NCBI GenBank assembly: GCA_963850305.1
Contig: CAWKKR010000007.1
Coordinates: 928,001 to 992,000, forward strand
Source: an uncultured delta proteobacterium
GTDB taxonomy: Bacteria; Myxococcota_A; Polyangia; Polyangiales; Polyangiaceae
Reading direction: 5' to 3'
Length of the DNA stretch: 64,000 nucleotides
Part shown: positions 49,611 to 59,390 of the stretch, piece after piece
Numbering within the stretch: the first letter of the stretch is position 1
Layout: each line of letters opens with the position of its first letter
The notes under the pieces: model-generated
Seen by the model: the letters and a program-made list of their open reading frames with translations, nothing else
Databases searched by the model: none
What the model was told of the DNA's origin: nothing
Translations under genes and position numbers: made by a program

Positions 49611-50600
49611 ATGACCGTGGGGCGCCTTGCGACGTTTCTGGTGATTCTGGCCGCATCATTGGTGATCGCGAGGACGCTGGTGGGGCGCCACCGCGACGCC
49701 CGCGATCCCCTGGGCGCATTCTCGCGTCTGGCTCCGCCGTTGCCGCGCCCGTCGCCCGTCGCCGCGCGACCTGCCGTCTCCGCGACGCCGCCCGTCGCGC
49801 CGCGTTCCCAGGAAAAGCTCACGAGAGAAATCACGGTGCCCACGGCCGCGCCCGTCGTGGACCCGCTCTCGGACGCGCTCTGTCCCGAAGGCATGCTCCT
49901 CGTCGAGGGCGTGACGTGCGGCGAAGCATCGCGGACGTGCCTCGCGCGCGACGCGGACGAACCGCGGAGCTGCAAGCGCTATGCGGCGTCCGTTTGTCGG
50001 AAGGGGCTACCGGTTCGTGTTTGCATGGACCAGTTCGAATATCCGAATCTCGTCGGCATGTCCCCGGCCGCGCTCGTCACGTTCGAGCAGGCGAAGGACG
50101 CGTGCACCGAGGAAGGTAAACGTCTCTGCACCGAGACCGAATGGAGCTTCGCGTGCGAGGGAGGCGACGGGCTCGCGTTTCCGTACGGAGACATCGAGGA
50201 CGCGAGTGCATGCAACGTGCTGAAGGCCGTGCCGAAGGTGCGCGCGGACTCGCTCTGGGAGGCGAGGGACATCCCAGGCGTGATGGAACGAGTGGACGCG
50301 CGCTCGAAGATCGGACAAAGGTCGAGATGCACGAGCTCCCTCGGTATTCGCGACATGGTCGGAAACGTCGAGGAGTGGGTCAAGAGCGACATCCCCGGCT
50401 TCGAGTCGGCCCTTCGTGGCGGCGAGTATTCGTCGGACCCCTCGTGCCGAACCGTGCGCCAGATCCGGCAACCCGCGTTCCGCACGTTCGACACCGGTTT
50501 CCGGTGCTGCCGGGACCCGCTCGTCAGTGCTCGGCGACTCGAGCGGGAGGATTCGCGTCCCGGAGGACCTACCGTTGCCCCCCCCGGCGGGTTCGACTAG
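49611..50600 (+). CDS. Membrane-anchored FGE/SUMF1-type (formylglycine-generating enzyme-like) domain protein
   Basis: N-terminal TM, CPEGM, CMDQFEYPN, GKRLCTETEWSFAC, DMVGNVEEW and GFRCC. Confidence 0.85.
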   Translation: MTVGRLATFLVILAASLVIARTLVGRHRDARDPLGAFSRLAPPLPRPSPVAARPAVSATPPVAPRSQEKLTREITVPTAAPVVDPLSDALCPEGMLLVEGVTCGEASRTCLARDADEPRSCKRYAASVCRKGLPVRVCMDQFEYPNLVGMSPAALVTFEQAKDACTEEGKRLCTETEWSFACEGGDGLAFPYGDIEDASACNVLKAVPKVRADSLWEARDIPGVMERVDARSKIGQRSRCTSSLGIRDMVGNVEEWVKSDIPGFESALRGGEYSSDPSCRTVRQIRQPAFRTFDTGFRCCRDPLVSARRLEREDSRPGGPTVAPPGGFD

Positions 50601-50647
50601 GTTTTCGCGCGTGGAGATCGCAGGTTTACGGAAACCCGGTCTGACCC

Positions 50648-50721
50648 GGGCCCATAGCTCAATCGGTCAGAGCCCCCGGCTCATAACCGGGTTGTTCCTG
50701 GTTCGAACCCAGGTGGGCCCA
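50648..50721 (+). tRNA. tRNA with CAT anticodon, probably tRNA-Ile2 (lysidine)
   Basis: GGGCCCATAGCTCAATCGGTCAGAGCCCCCGGCTCATAACCGGGTTGTTCCTGGTTCGAACCCAGGTGGGCCCA. C4-G69/C5-G68 pairs and CGGCTCATAACCG arm; no initiator features. CCA not encoded. Confidence 0.9.
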
Positions 50722-50777
50722 CTGACCGTGCAGAGGAGCACTTCGACCGAGCTTGTGGCAAGGAGCCGAACGCACCC

Positions 50778-51524
50778 GTGAAGATAGCACCGCAGATTGA
50801 AGCTCTCGAAAAGTTGGCCGCGTTGGACGCAGAGCTCCTTGAGCTCGACGGCGTTCTTTCCCAGGAGAAGGAGGCGCTCGACAGGCGCCGGGGGCAGCAC
50901 AAGCAGCTCGAGGAAAAGCTTGCCGCATCGCGAGGCAGCATCGCGGAGATGGAGCGGACGAGAAATGAGCTGATGACCGAGGCGCGTCAGATGAGTGCGC
51001 AGATGGAGCGCTCGCGAGAGAAGTTGTCGCGCTGCCGCACGGAACGCGAGGTCAACGCGGCCCAGCGCGAGGTGGAGGAGCTCCGGAAGCTCTACCGGGA
51101 TCGGGAAATCGAAATCGACAAGCTGACGGCCATCTGCGACCAGGCGAGGAACGAGGCGGACGCAACGACGAAGGAGCGCGACACGATCGCCGCGGAGCTC
51201 GGCTCGACGGAGGGCGATGTGACGACGAAGCTCGGCGAGATCGAGCGCGACGCAGGCGGGAAGCGGAAGACCCGGGTCGGCCTAGTCGAAAAGGTGCAGC
51301 CCGCCCTCTATCGCCGGTACGAAACCATCCGGAAGCGAAAAGGGAGTGCGATTGCGCACGTGACCGACGGTACTTGCATTCAGTGTCACATGCGGATCCC
51401 GCCGATGATGTTTCAAAAGATGATGCGCGGCGATGACTTCGATCAGTGCCCGAGCTGCGCGCGCATCATCTACTACCGTCCCCCAGAGGCCATTTCCGCC
51501 GAAAGTCAGTCGGGCAGCCCGTGA
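50778..51524 (+). CDS. Coiled-coil + C4 zinc-ribbon protein (DUF164/CT398-like)
   Basis: Long coiled coil then YETIRKRKG...CIQCHMRIPP...CPSCARIIY. Confidence 0.9.
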   Translation: MKIAPQIEALEKLAALDAELLELDGVLSQEKEALDRRRGQHKQLEEKLAASRGSIAEMERTRNELMTEARQMSAQMERSREKLSRCRTEREVNAAQREVEELRKLYRDREIEIDKLTAICDQARNEADATTKERDTIAAELGSTEGDVTTKLGEIERDAGGKRKTRVGLVEKVQPALYRRYETIRKRKGSAIAHVTDGTCIQCHMRIPPMMFQKMMRGDDFDQCPSCARIIYYRPPEAISAESQSGSP

Positions 51525-52859
51525 AAGCGTGTCGCGTTTGCGGACGGCTTTATCCGGACGACGCCGGCTTCTGCCCGATCGAGGGGCAGGAGCTCTACAG
51601 CGCCACGCAGGTGCCCGTTGCTTCGGATGATCAGGATCCGCGGATCGGCGCGCTGCTTTGCCAGCGTTATCAGATAAGACGCGTCGTTGCCGACGGCGGA
51701 ATGGGGCGCGTGTACGAGGCGCTCGATCTCGCCGGGCAGCGCAACATCGCGGTCAAGGTTCTTCACCCCGAGATCGCGCGGGACAACGTTGCCGTCGAAC
51801 GCTTCAAGCGTGAGTTCGAGGTCTCCAAGCAGCTCCCGCACAGTCACATCGTGGAGGTCATGGATTTCCAGGCCACCGGTGACGGCTCGTTCGCGCTCGC
51901 AATGGAGTTTCTCTACGGCGAGGAGCTCCGGTCGACCATCAAACGGCTGGGCGTCCTGAAGCCGGGGCGGCTCGTGCGCCTGCTGAGTCAGGTTGCGATC
52001 GGACTGGACGCGGCGCACGAGAGGAAACTCGTGCACCGCGATCTGAAGCCGGACAACCTCTTTCTCTGCCAGACGACCTCCGGCGACATCGTGAAGATCT
52101 TGGACTTCGGGTCCGTCAAAGACAAAACGACCGGAGCCAAAAAGCTGACCGTGATGGGAACGACGATCGGATCACCCTACTACATGTCCCCGGAGCAGGC
52201 TCAGGGGCTCGACACGCTCGACCAGCGCGCGGACGTCTGGGCGCTGGCCGCGATCGCGTACGAATGCGTCGCGGGAACGGTTCCGTTCAAGGGGCACAAC
52301 GGCCCCAGCATCCTCCTCGAGATTCTGACGAAGGAGCCCGAAGCGCCCAGCGTCGCGGCGAAGTCTCCGAAAATTCCCCATCCCGCCCAGCGTCGACCGG
52401 GCGATCGGCGCTGCGCTCAAGAAGACGGCAAGCCTCAGAACGCCATCGGTCGGTGCATTCGCGGATCAGATGGGGAGGGCGTACGGACTCGAGGGAGATC
52501 ATCTCCAGTGGGCGCTCGTCGAGGAAGACGTGCTCAGTGCGACGATCGATTCCAAGATGGCGGGGCTGATGGCCGCGCCCGCCCCCGTCAAGAAAGGCGC
52601 GGACGCTACCGACTCATTTTTCGGCGAAGACGACAGTCTCGGGGCAGGGATGGACGGTGCATTCGCGGGTTCTGCGGGCGCGGTTGCGCCGCCTGCGGCG
52701 AGAGTTCCCATCGCACCGGTGTCCGCGAACCCCGCATCATTTGCGAACGATGAGGTGCGGCTCGCCGGGCTTCAATCGTCTCGCGTCGGGTGGTGGCTCG
52801 TTCCCGTCGTCGTCGCCGTCGCGGTGATTGCCGGAATTCTGATAGCTCGGTTCATGTAA
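51521..52859 (+). CDS. Hanks-type Ser/Thr kinase with N-terminal zinc ribbon and C-terminal TM; +1 frameshift at 52370-52373
   Basis: GTG overlaps the upstream TGA. CRVC...FCPIEG, GGMGRVY, AVK, HRDLKPDN, DFG and YMSPEQ. Removing one A from CCGAAAATTC joins the 52470..52859 frame (~445 aa). Confidence 0.88.
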
Positions 52860-52881
52860 GGAATTGACGCGAATGACCAGG

Positions 52882-53430
52882 ATGAAAGCCATGCTTGCAG
52901 GTGTCCGTCTCGGCCTCGTCGGGATGTGCACGTTTTTCGCGTGCCATAACCAGGAATCCCAGGCGGCCGAAGCGGTGAAACCCGCGAAGCCCGTCGCGAG
53001 CGTTGCGGCCGCTTCCTCGTCGGGTGTGGAGGGGACTTCGGCATCGGCTGCCGATCCCGTTGCGGAGCCGTCGGCGCCGGTTTTCCACGAACAGACCTTC
53101 GACGTGGAGCTTCACGCGGTCGGAAAATACGAAACGGGGAAGCCCGGTGTGGCCGAGATTCAGCTCCACGCCAAGGCCGGCTACCACTGTAACGACAAGT
53201 ACCCGTACAAGTTCAAGCTCGCGGAGACTCCTGGCCTGAAGTTCGCGTCGCCGATCGTGATGAAGGACGCCGTCCAGCTCGAGAACGAGAACGCACGCAT
53301 GAAGCTCGAATTCACACCCGAGTCCAAAGGCGAGAAGGTCATCGCGGGGGTCTTTTCCTTCTCGCTCTGCAGCGCGGAGCGATGCCTCGTGGAGAAGAGG
53401 GATCTCTCCCTGAAAATCGACGTCGACTGA
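52882..53430 (+). CDS. Lipoprotein with beta-sandwich domain and C-terminal Cx4C (DsbD-N-like)
   Basis: Lipobox FFAC, GYHCNDKYPYK and FSLCSAERCLVEK. Start uncertain (52873/52882/52891). Confidence 0.6.
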   Translation: MKAMLAGVRLGLVGMCTFFACHNQESQAAEAVKPAKPVASVAAASSSGVEGTSASAADPVAEPSAPVFHEQTFDVELHAVGKYETGKPGVAEIQLHAKAGYHCNDKYPYKFKLAETPGLKFASPIVMKDAVQLENENARMKLEFTPESKGEKVIAGVFSFSLCSAERCLVEKRDLSLKIDVD

Positions 53431-53475
53431 GCGGGTCCGGCGGGAGCGAAGCGATGAGAGCTATACTCCCGTCGC

Positions 53476-55728
53476 ATGTCTGAAAAAGGAATCTTGGGGC
53501 GTCTCGACGCCATTGCCCGGGACGTACGCCGCGAGTTCGGTGAGGAGCGGCGGGTCCTGAGCTTCCAAGAGTACCTCACGCTGGTCGCCGCCGCGCCCGC
53601 GCGGCAGGCACGCGACGCCGCGCGCTACCTGCGCGACACGTTCGATCACTTCGGGCGTGCGCCCCTCAAGCAGCCGTGGGGCGAATCGGTGCGTTTTCGG
53701 CTGTTCGATCTCCCCTGGCTCGACCCGTCTGCGCGCCGGGCCGCCCTCGTCGGACAGGAACGGGTCCAGGAAGAACTCTATCGCGCGTTGTCGAATTTCG
53801 TACGCGACGGGCGTCCCAATCGCTTGCCGCTCCTGCACGGACCGAACGGCTCGGCAAAAAGCACCGTCGCGGCCTGCATCGTCTCGGCGCTCGAGCATTA
53901 CTCCACGCTCGACGACGGCGCTCTCTATCGATTTCACTGGGTCTTTCCCGCAAAGACGACGGTGCGCGGTTCCATCGGCTTTTCGGAACCGCGCGGCCCT
54001 CGTCGCTCCGCGGACGGCAGTTACGCGCATTTGCCGGACGAAGAGGTCGATGCTCGGCTCTTCGTGGAGGTGCGTGACCATCCGCTCTTCCTTTTGCCAG
54101 AGAAGCAACGTCATGCACTCCTCGAAGCGCTCTATGCGGACGCGGGAGCCGAATGGCCGCCGAGCGACTGGGTGCTTCGCGGCCGCCTGTGTCACAAGAA
54201 TCGCCAGGTGTTCGACGCGCTCCTCGCGAGCTATGACGGTTCGCTCGACGAGGTTTTACGCCATGTCCAGGTGGAGCGTTACTTCATCTCGAAGCGCTAC
54301 CGTCAAGGCGCAGTCACCGTCGGCCCTCAGCTCACCGTGGACGCGGGAGAGCGCCAGTTGACCGCCGATCGGAACCTTGCATCGCTCCCGCCGTCTCTCC
54401 AATCCGTAACACTGTTCGAGGCTTTCGGTGAGCTGGTCGAAGCCTCGGGGGGTATTCTCGAGTTCTCGGACCTCCTGAAACGCCCTCTCGACGCGTTCAA
54501 GTACCTGCAGATCACCGTCGAAACGGGCGAGGTGCCGCTGCGTTCACAGACGGTGCAGGTCAACTGTGTGATGATTGGTAGCGCCAACGAGGTACAGCTC
54601 GCCGCTTTCCGGGAGCATCCAGAGTTCGAGAGCTTTCGTGGCCGGCTCGAACTCGTCCGTACGCCGTATCTCCTGCGGTGGAGCGACGAGCAGGCCATCT
54701 ACGACGCGCAGATCACACCGCAGGCGCGCGTTCACGTCGCGCCGCACGCGACGCAGGTTGCTGCGATGTTCGCCGTGCTATCGCGGCTGCGTCGCCCGAA
54801 CCCGGAACGCTACGAGCGCCCCGTGAACGAAATCGTGAGGGACTTGAGTGCGCTCGACAAGATGGACATCTACGACGATGGCCGGCTCCCGCAACGGCTC
54901 GACGACGACAGCGGCAAGCGCCTCCGCGCGGCGATCCCGGCGATCTACGAGGAGAGCGCCGGATACCCGATCTACGAAGGCAGCGTCGGCGCGAGCCCTC
55001 GCGAAATGCGCACCGTGCTTCTCGATGCCGCGCAGGACGGCCGCTACACGTGCCTGTCGCCCTTTGCCGTTCTCGACCAGCTGGACAAGCTCTGCCAGAA
55101 GGAGAGCGAGTACGTCTGGCTCCAGCAGGATCCCCAGCCGAACGGCTATCACGACCACGTCTCTTTCCGGAAGGCACTCCGTATCCGGCTGCTCGACTCG
55201 ATCGAAGACGAGTTTCGGATCGCGAGCGGGCTCGTGGACGAAGATAGCTATCGCGATCTGTTCTCGCGTTATGTCAAGCACGTCGGTTCGTGGGTGAAGG
55301 GCGAAAAGATTCGGAACCAGCTGACGGGAACCGCCGAAAATCCCGACGAAAGACTCATGGAGGAAATCGAGTCGCGCCTCGGCTATCCCGACAGAGCCGA
55401 GGAAACGCGCCGATCTCTCGTCAACCAGATCGCGGGTTGGGTTATCGAGCATCCTGACGATCCGATCGATGACACGCGTGTTTTTGCCACGCAGCTCAAG
55501 CGGTTACGCGACGCCGTCTTCGGTGAGAAGCGGGTCGCGATCGCGCGTCTCGTGCGCGATCTGGTCGTCCTGTTGCGCGCGGAGGGAACCGGGCTCGCCC
55601 AGTCGCGTCTCGTCGACGTTCGCGGGCTGCTGCAGCGACTGACAGCGCGCTTCGGGTACGAAGAGAGCTCGGCCGGGGACGCCGCGGCGGCGCTCATTCG
55701 CGAACGCTACGCCGAGATCCTGGCCTAG
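53476..55728 (+). CDS. prkA: PrkA/YeaG-family AAA+ serine protein kinase
   Basis: HGPNGSAKST Walker A, GELVEASGGILEFSDLLKRP, PYLLR, HVAPH and GASPRE. Confidence 0.85.
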   Translation: MSEKGILGRLDAIARDVRREFGEERRVLSFQEYLTLVAAAPARQARDAARYLRDTFDHFGRAPLKQPWGESVRFRLFDLPWLDPSARRAALVGQERVQEELYRALSNFVRDGRPNRLPLLHGPNGSAKSTVAACIVSALEHYSTLDDGALYRFHWVFPAKTTVRGSIGFSEPRGPRRSADGSYAHLPDEEVDARLFVEVRDHPLFLLPEKQRHALLEALYADAGAEWPPSDWVLRGRLCHKNRQVFDALLASYDGSLDEVLRHVQVERYFISKRYRQGAVTVGPQLTVDAGERQLTADRNLASLPPSLQSVTLFEAFGELVEASGGILEFSDLLKRPLDAFKYLQITVETGEVPLRSQTVQVNCVMIGSANEVQLAAFREHPEFESFRGRLELVRTPYLLRWSDEQAIYDAQITPQARVHVAPHATQVAAMFAVLSRLRRPNPERYERPVNEIVRDLSALDKMDIYDDGRLPQRLDDDSGKRLRAAIPAIYEESAGYPIYEGSVGASPREMRTVLLDAAQDGRYTCLSPFAVLDQLDKLCQKESEYVWLQQDPQPNGYHDHVSFRKALRIRLLDSIEDEFRIASGLVDEDSYRDLFSRYVKHVGSWVKGEKIRNQLTGTAENPDERLMEEIESRLGYPDRAEETRRSLVNQIAGWVIEHPDDPIDDTRVFATQLKRLRDAVFGEKRVAIARLVRDLVVLLRAEGTGLAQSRLVDVRGLLQRLTARFGYEESSAGDAAAALIRERYAEILA

Positions 55729-57009
55729 ATGGACGAGGCCGGCCCGGACCGCCCGCTCGGATTTCCGTCGCTGCTCGCGCTCGGCGTGAACGGCATCGTC
55801 GGCGTGGGCATCTTCTTCGCGCCCTCGTCGGTCGCGGCGGAAGCGCCGGGCATGTCGGGGGTGCTCGTCTATCTCGTCACGGCTCTCGCGCTGTTGCCGA
55901 TTGCCGCGGGATACGGCGCGCTCGGCAGTCGATTCAGCGTGGATGGCGGGCCGTACGTGTGGGCGGACGCTGCCTTCGGTTCGCGCTTCGCGTTTTTCGT
56001 CGGATGGGTGACGTTCGCGTCATCGCTGTTCAGCATCGCGGCAGTGCTCACGGGTCTGTCGAATCATGCTGCGCCGCTCTTCGGCGTGACGACGCCTCAT
56101 GGAATGCAGGCCTTCGCGGTCGGGTGCGCGCTGGTGCTCGCCGGAGTCGCTGCAACGGGTCTTCACCCGAGCGCGATGGTCTGGAGCGCAGTGACGGTGC
56201 TGAAGCTCATCCCGCTCGTGGCGATCGTCGTGCTGGGGACCATTGCATTCGGGAAGGTCGACGTCACGGCGTCCGTCAGTGATCTCCCGGTGACCGCGCA
56301 CGCGATGGAGCGGGCGGTGCTCGTCGTGGTCTTCGCGAGCCAGGGCTTCGAGATCGTGCCCTTGCTCGCCGGGAGCGTCCGGAAATCGGAGCGCAGCGTG
56401 CCTCTTGCAACGGTCGCGTCGCTCGTCTTCGCAGCGATGCTCTACGCTGCGTTGCACGCGTTCACCGTTCGAGCCGTTCCGGATCTCGCGCACAGCCACA
56501 CGCCGCTCGTCGATGCGGCCAGCGTGTACGGCGGTGCCGTCGCTCGGGACGTCGTTGCCGCCGGCGCGAACGTTTCGGCCTTCGGCATCCTGTTCGGCAT
56601 GCTCAACACGACGCCGCGATACCTCTCGGCGCTCTCGGGCTCGACCGCATTCGGCCCCTGGATTGGCGGCGTGGATCGCAGGTTCGTCCCGCAGCGCGCC
56701 TTGTGGCTGACCGTTGGCGCAGTCGTCGTGATGGTGTCCTTGTCGAGCCGGATTACCGAGCTCTTCGTTCTCTCGAGTCTGGCGGTGCTGTCGCAGTACA
56801 GTGTCGTTCTCGCGTCCCTCGCCGTGCTGGCGTGGCGAGGCAGCCATGGGCTCACGCGCCGCCACCTGTGGCCAGTTCCGCTGTCGCTCCTCGGGATCGC
56901 ACTCGCGGCCCAAGGAGCAGAAGCCCGCGAGCTTCTGGTCGCGGCGGCGGTCATCGTGGCAGGGGAGGGGATCCGCCGGTGGTCCAAGATCCGGCGCGTC
57001 CTGGTGTAG
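55729..57009 (+). CDS. APC-family amino acid permease
   Basis: NGIVGVGIF, GGPYVW..AAFG, FFVGW and GFE; about 12 TM helices. Confidence 0.9.
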   Translation: MDEAGPDRPLGFPSLLALGVNGIVGVGIFFAPSSVAAEAPGMSGVLVYLVTALALLPIAAGYGALGSRFSVDGGPYVWADAAFGSRFAFFVGWVTFASSLFSIAAVLTGLSNHAAPLFGVTTPHGMQAFAVGCALVLAGVAATGLHPSAMVWSAVTVLKLIPLVAIVVLGTIAFGKVDVTASVSDLPVTAHAMERAVLVVVFASQGFEIVPLLAGSVRKSERSVPLATVASLVFAAMLYAALHAFTVRAVPDLAHSHTPLVDAASVYGGAVARDVVAAGANVSAFGILFGMLNTTPRYLSALSGSTAFGPWIGGVDRRFVPQRALWLTVGAVVVMVSLSSRITELFVLSSLAVLSQYSVVLASLAVLAWRGSHGLTRRHLWPVPLSLLGIALAAQGAEARELLVAAAVIVAGEGIRRWSKIRRVLV

Positions 57010-57018
57010 AGTCGTTCG

Positions 57019-57819
57019 GTGCTTGTCGACACGCACTGTCACCTGGACTCGAAGAGCTGCGCCGACCCCGATGAGGTCATCGAACGGGCACGCGCTGCGG
57101 GCGTCGGCGGCTTCGTGGCGATTGGGGTAGGTTCGCTCGACGCGGCGCACGAAGTCGTCGGGCTGGCGAATCGTCGTCACGACGTCGTCTGCACCATAGG
57201 CGTGCACCCACACGACGCCGCGACCCTCGACGATTCCCTCTTCGCCGAGCTCGAAAGTCTCGCGAGCGACCCCGCCGTCGTCGCGATCGGCGAGATAGGG
57301 CTCGACTATCACTATGATCATTCCCCGCGGGACGCCCAGAGCATCGCCTTTCGCAGGTTCGTGGCACTCGCGCGCGCGGTGAAGAAGCCCGTCGTCATCC
57401 ACACGCGTAGCGCGCCGGAGGAGACGCTGAGGGTGCTAGAGGAGGAGAACGCCCGTGACGTCGGAGGCGTGATCCATTGCTTCAGCGAGGACCGAGACTT
57501 TGCGCGCCGCGCGTTCGAGCTCGATTTCGACGTCTCGTTCTCGGGGATCGTCACCTTCAAGAACGCGGTCGCGGTTCAGGACGTCGCTCGATTCGCTCCA
57601 GAGGACCGGATCCTCGTGGAGACGGATAGTCCCTATCTCGCGCCGGTGCCGAAGCGGGGTCGGCCGAACGAGCCGGCCTACATCGTCCACACCGTTAGTC
57701 GGATTGCGGCCCTGCGCGGTACGGATGTCGGCGTTCTCGAACGTGTCTCCACCGAGAACGCGTGCCGTCGCTTTGGGCCGAGACTCGACGCCGTCGTCGC
57801 TGGAGCGCACAATCAGTGA
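57019..57819 (+). CDS. tatD: TatD family deoxyribonuclease
   Basis: DTHCHL, GVHPH, GEIGLDY, IHTR, HCFS and ETDSPYLAP. Confidence 0.95.
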   Translation: MLVDTHCHLDSKSCADPDEVIERARAAGVGGFVAIGVGSLDAAHEVVGLANRRHDVVCTIGVHPHDAATLDDSLFAELESLASDPAVVAIGEIGLDYHYDHSPRDAQSIAFRRFVALARAVKKPVVIHTRSAPEETLRVLEEENARDVGGVIHCFSEDRDFARRAFELDFDVSFSGIVTFKNAVAVQDVARFAPEDRILVETDSPYLAPVPKRGRPNEPAYIVHTVSRIAALRGTDVGVLERVSTENACRRFGPRLDAVVAGAHNQ

Positions 57820-57821
57820 GG

Positions 57822-59130
57822 ATGGGCCGCGCGAAAAACCCGCGATTCGCGACGTCGATCGCGCTCGGAGGGTCGCTGCTGCTGCATGTCACGCTGATCG
57901 CGCTGAGCGTGCGCTTCTTTCGCGCTGCGGCTCTTTCACGGGTGGACCCACTCGTGGACGTCGCTCTCGCAGATGTGATCCCGCACGGAGATAAGCTCTC
58001 GATCGGAGTCCCGGAGGCGAGCACACCGCAGCGTCCCCCGTCGCTGGATGACGAACGGCGACCATCGGGACCGCTGCGCGAATCCCACCCCGATACACGA
58101 ACGCGTGGTCGAGGCGGCGTGAAGCAGGCTGCGGAAAAGGCGCTCCACATGTCCGATAGCATCGACGGGCTGACGCTCGAGACGGACCCCACCCAATTCG
58201 CGCACACGAGCCAGCTGTCCCGGTTGAACACGAGCGACGATCGCCGTTCGTGGGAAGATCGCCGGACCACTCCGGACCCCATGATGCTCACGTTCATCGC
58301 GATGGGGCCCGGCACCCGCGTCGCGCGACTCGACGCGGCGCGCGCGGACCCTGCGATGGGGGCGCGCGGTGCGGTGCCCGTTCCCGCAGGTGTTCGCGCG
58401 GGTGATCTCTGATCTCGAGGACGGACCTGCGCGGCCCGTTCGCGGCGCGTCGCGCGACGGCGCTACGCCGATTGCTCCGCTCGGCTTGGACCACGGAAGA
58501 CCCGCGGCGGAGTATCGGCGGACCGCGGCGGTCACACTCGCACGGCCAGCCTTGCGGCAGTCGCGCGCATCGATCGCAACCACCCGCCGCGGTCGTCCCA
58601 GCGATGACGTCGCGAGCTCGCAAGAAGTGGCGAGCCTCGTGGAGTCGCTGATCACGGCGAGCACGGCGGGGGGTACTCTTGGACGCGGTCCCGGGGGCAC
58701 GGACGGCAACGCGGCGCCTGGAAAAGACGGAGTTGCGGGTGCCGGAATGCTCGAACGACCCTCCGGCGAGGGCGGGGTCGATTCGGCGGCGGCTCCGCTC
58801 GGGGTCGAGAACTATGCGGCGGCGCTGACGCGCAAGGTCTACCCGTTCTGGGAAGAAGCGTTCCCCATCTGGGCCCGCGTCGAAGGTCGGGGTGGCGTTG
58901 CCGTCATCGGCGTCACGCTCTCGCCGGACGGCAGCGTCCACGATCTTCGTGTCGTTCGCGGCAGCGGTATTCCGGAGTTCGATCGGAACGTCGCGCGAGC
59001 GCTTTCCGACGCTTCGCCCTACGGCCCGCTTCCGCGCGCCCTTCGCCGTTCCGGGCTCACGCTGAACATCGCCTTCGACGCGATGAATCCCGCGGTCGGT
59101 CGCTCGGGTCCGGGCCGAGGACGCAGGTGA
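57822..59130 (+). CDS. TonB/TolA-family protein (N-terminal TM with SxxxH, C-terminal TonB-C); frameshift at ~58403-58416
   Basis: GGSLLLHVTL TM. C-terminal FPIWARVEGRGG...LSPDGSV...RGSGIPEFDRNV lies in the next frame. TGATCTC is tandemly duplicated at the junction. Confidence 0.75.
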
Positions 59131-59134
59131 GCGC

Positions 59135-59164
59135 TTGACAGCGACAAACCGGTTCCGCCATATT
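59135..59164 (+). promoter_or_regulatory. Candidate sigma70 promoter of tRNA-Met
   Basis: TTGACA-N18-CATATT followed by a GC-rich discriminator. Confidence 0.5.
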
Positions 59165-59197
59165 CCCGGGCCCCGAAGAGCGGAAAACGCGCTCGAT

Positions 59198-59271
59198 GCC
59201 GAGGTAGCTCAGGTGGTTAGAGCAGGCGTTTCATAAGCGCCGGGTCGGGGGTTCAAGTCCCTCCTTCGGCA
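59198..59271 (+). tRNA. tRNA with CAT anticodon, probably elongator tRNA-Met
   Basis: GCCGAGGTAGCTCAGGTGGTTAGAGCAGGCGTTTCATAAGCGCCGGGTCGGGGGTTCAAGTCCCTCCTTCGGCA. G1-C72 paired, so not initiator. CCA not encoded. Confidence 0.9.
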
Positions 59272-59282
59272 CTGCTAGGATA

Positions 59283-59353
59283 GGGGGGCCTTGCCCCCCG
59301 CGGCTCGCTACGCGACCGCTCCCCCGCCGCCTTCGGCGGGCTCGCTCCGCTCG
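59283..59353 (-). repeat. Structured dispersed repeat (REP/MITE-like), copy 2; may double as terminator between convergent genes
   Basis: GGGGGGCCTTGCCCCCC hairpin, CCCGCCGCCTTCGGCGGG hairpin and GCTCGCTCCGCTCG. Reverse complement matches 15928-16001. Confidence 0.75.
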
Positions 59354-59390
59354 CTTTGTTCCGCACCTCTTTGATCCCTCCGGGGGTTCT

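Noticed and set aside
52370..52373. Programmed ribosomal frameshifting in the kinase or gltC
   Set aside because: No canonical slippery heptamer or stimulatory structure, and the many scattered indels favour sequencing error.
59198..59390. tRNA-anchored genomic island or prophage
   Set aside because: No integrase, no duplicated tRNA 3' end, no compositional shift, and the flanking genes are core-type.
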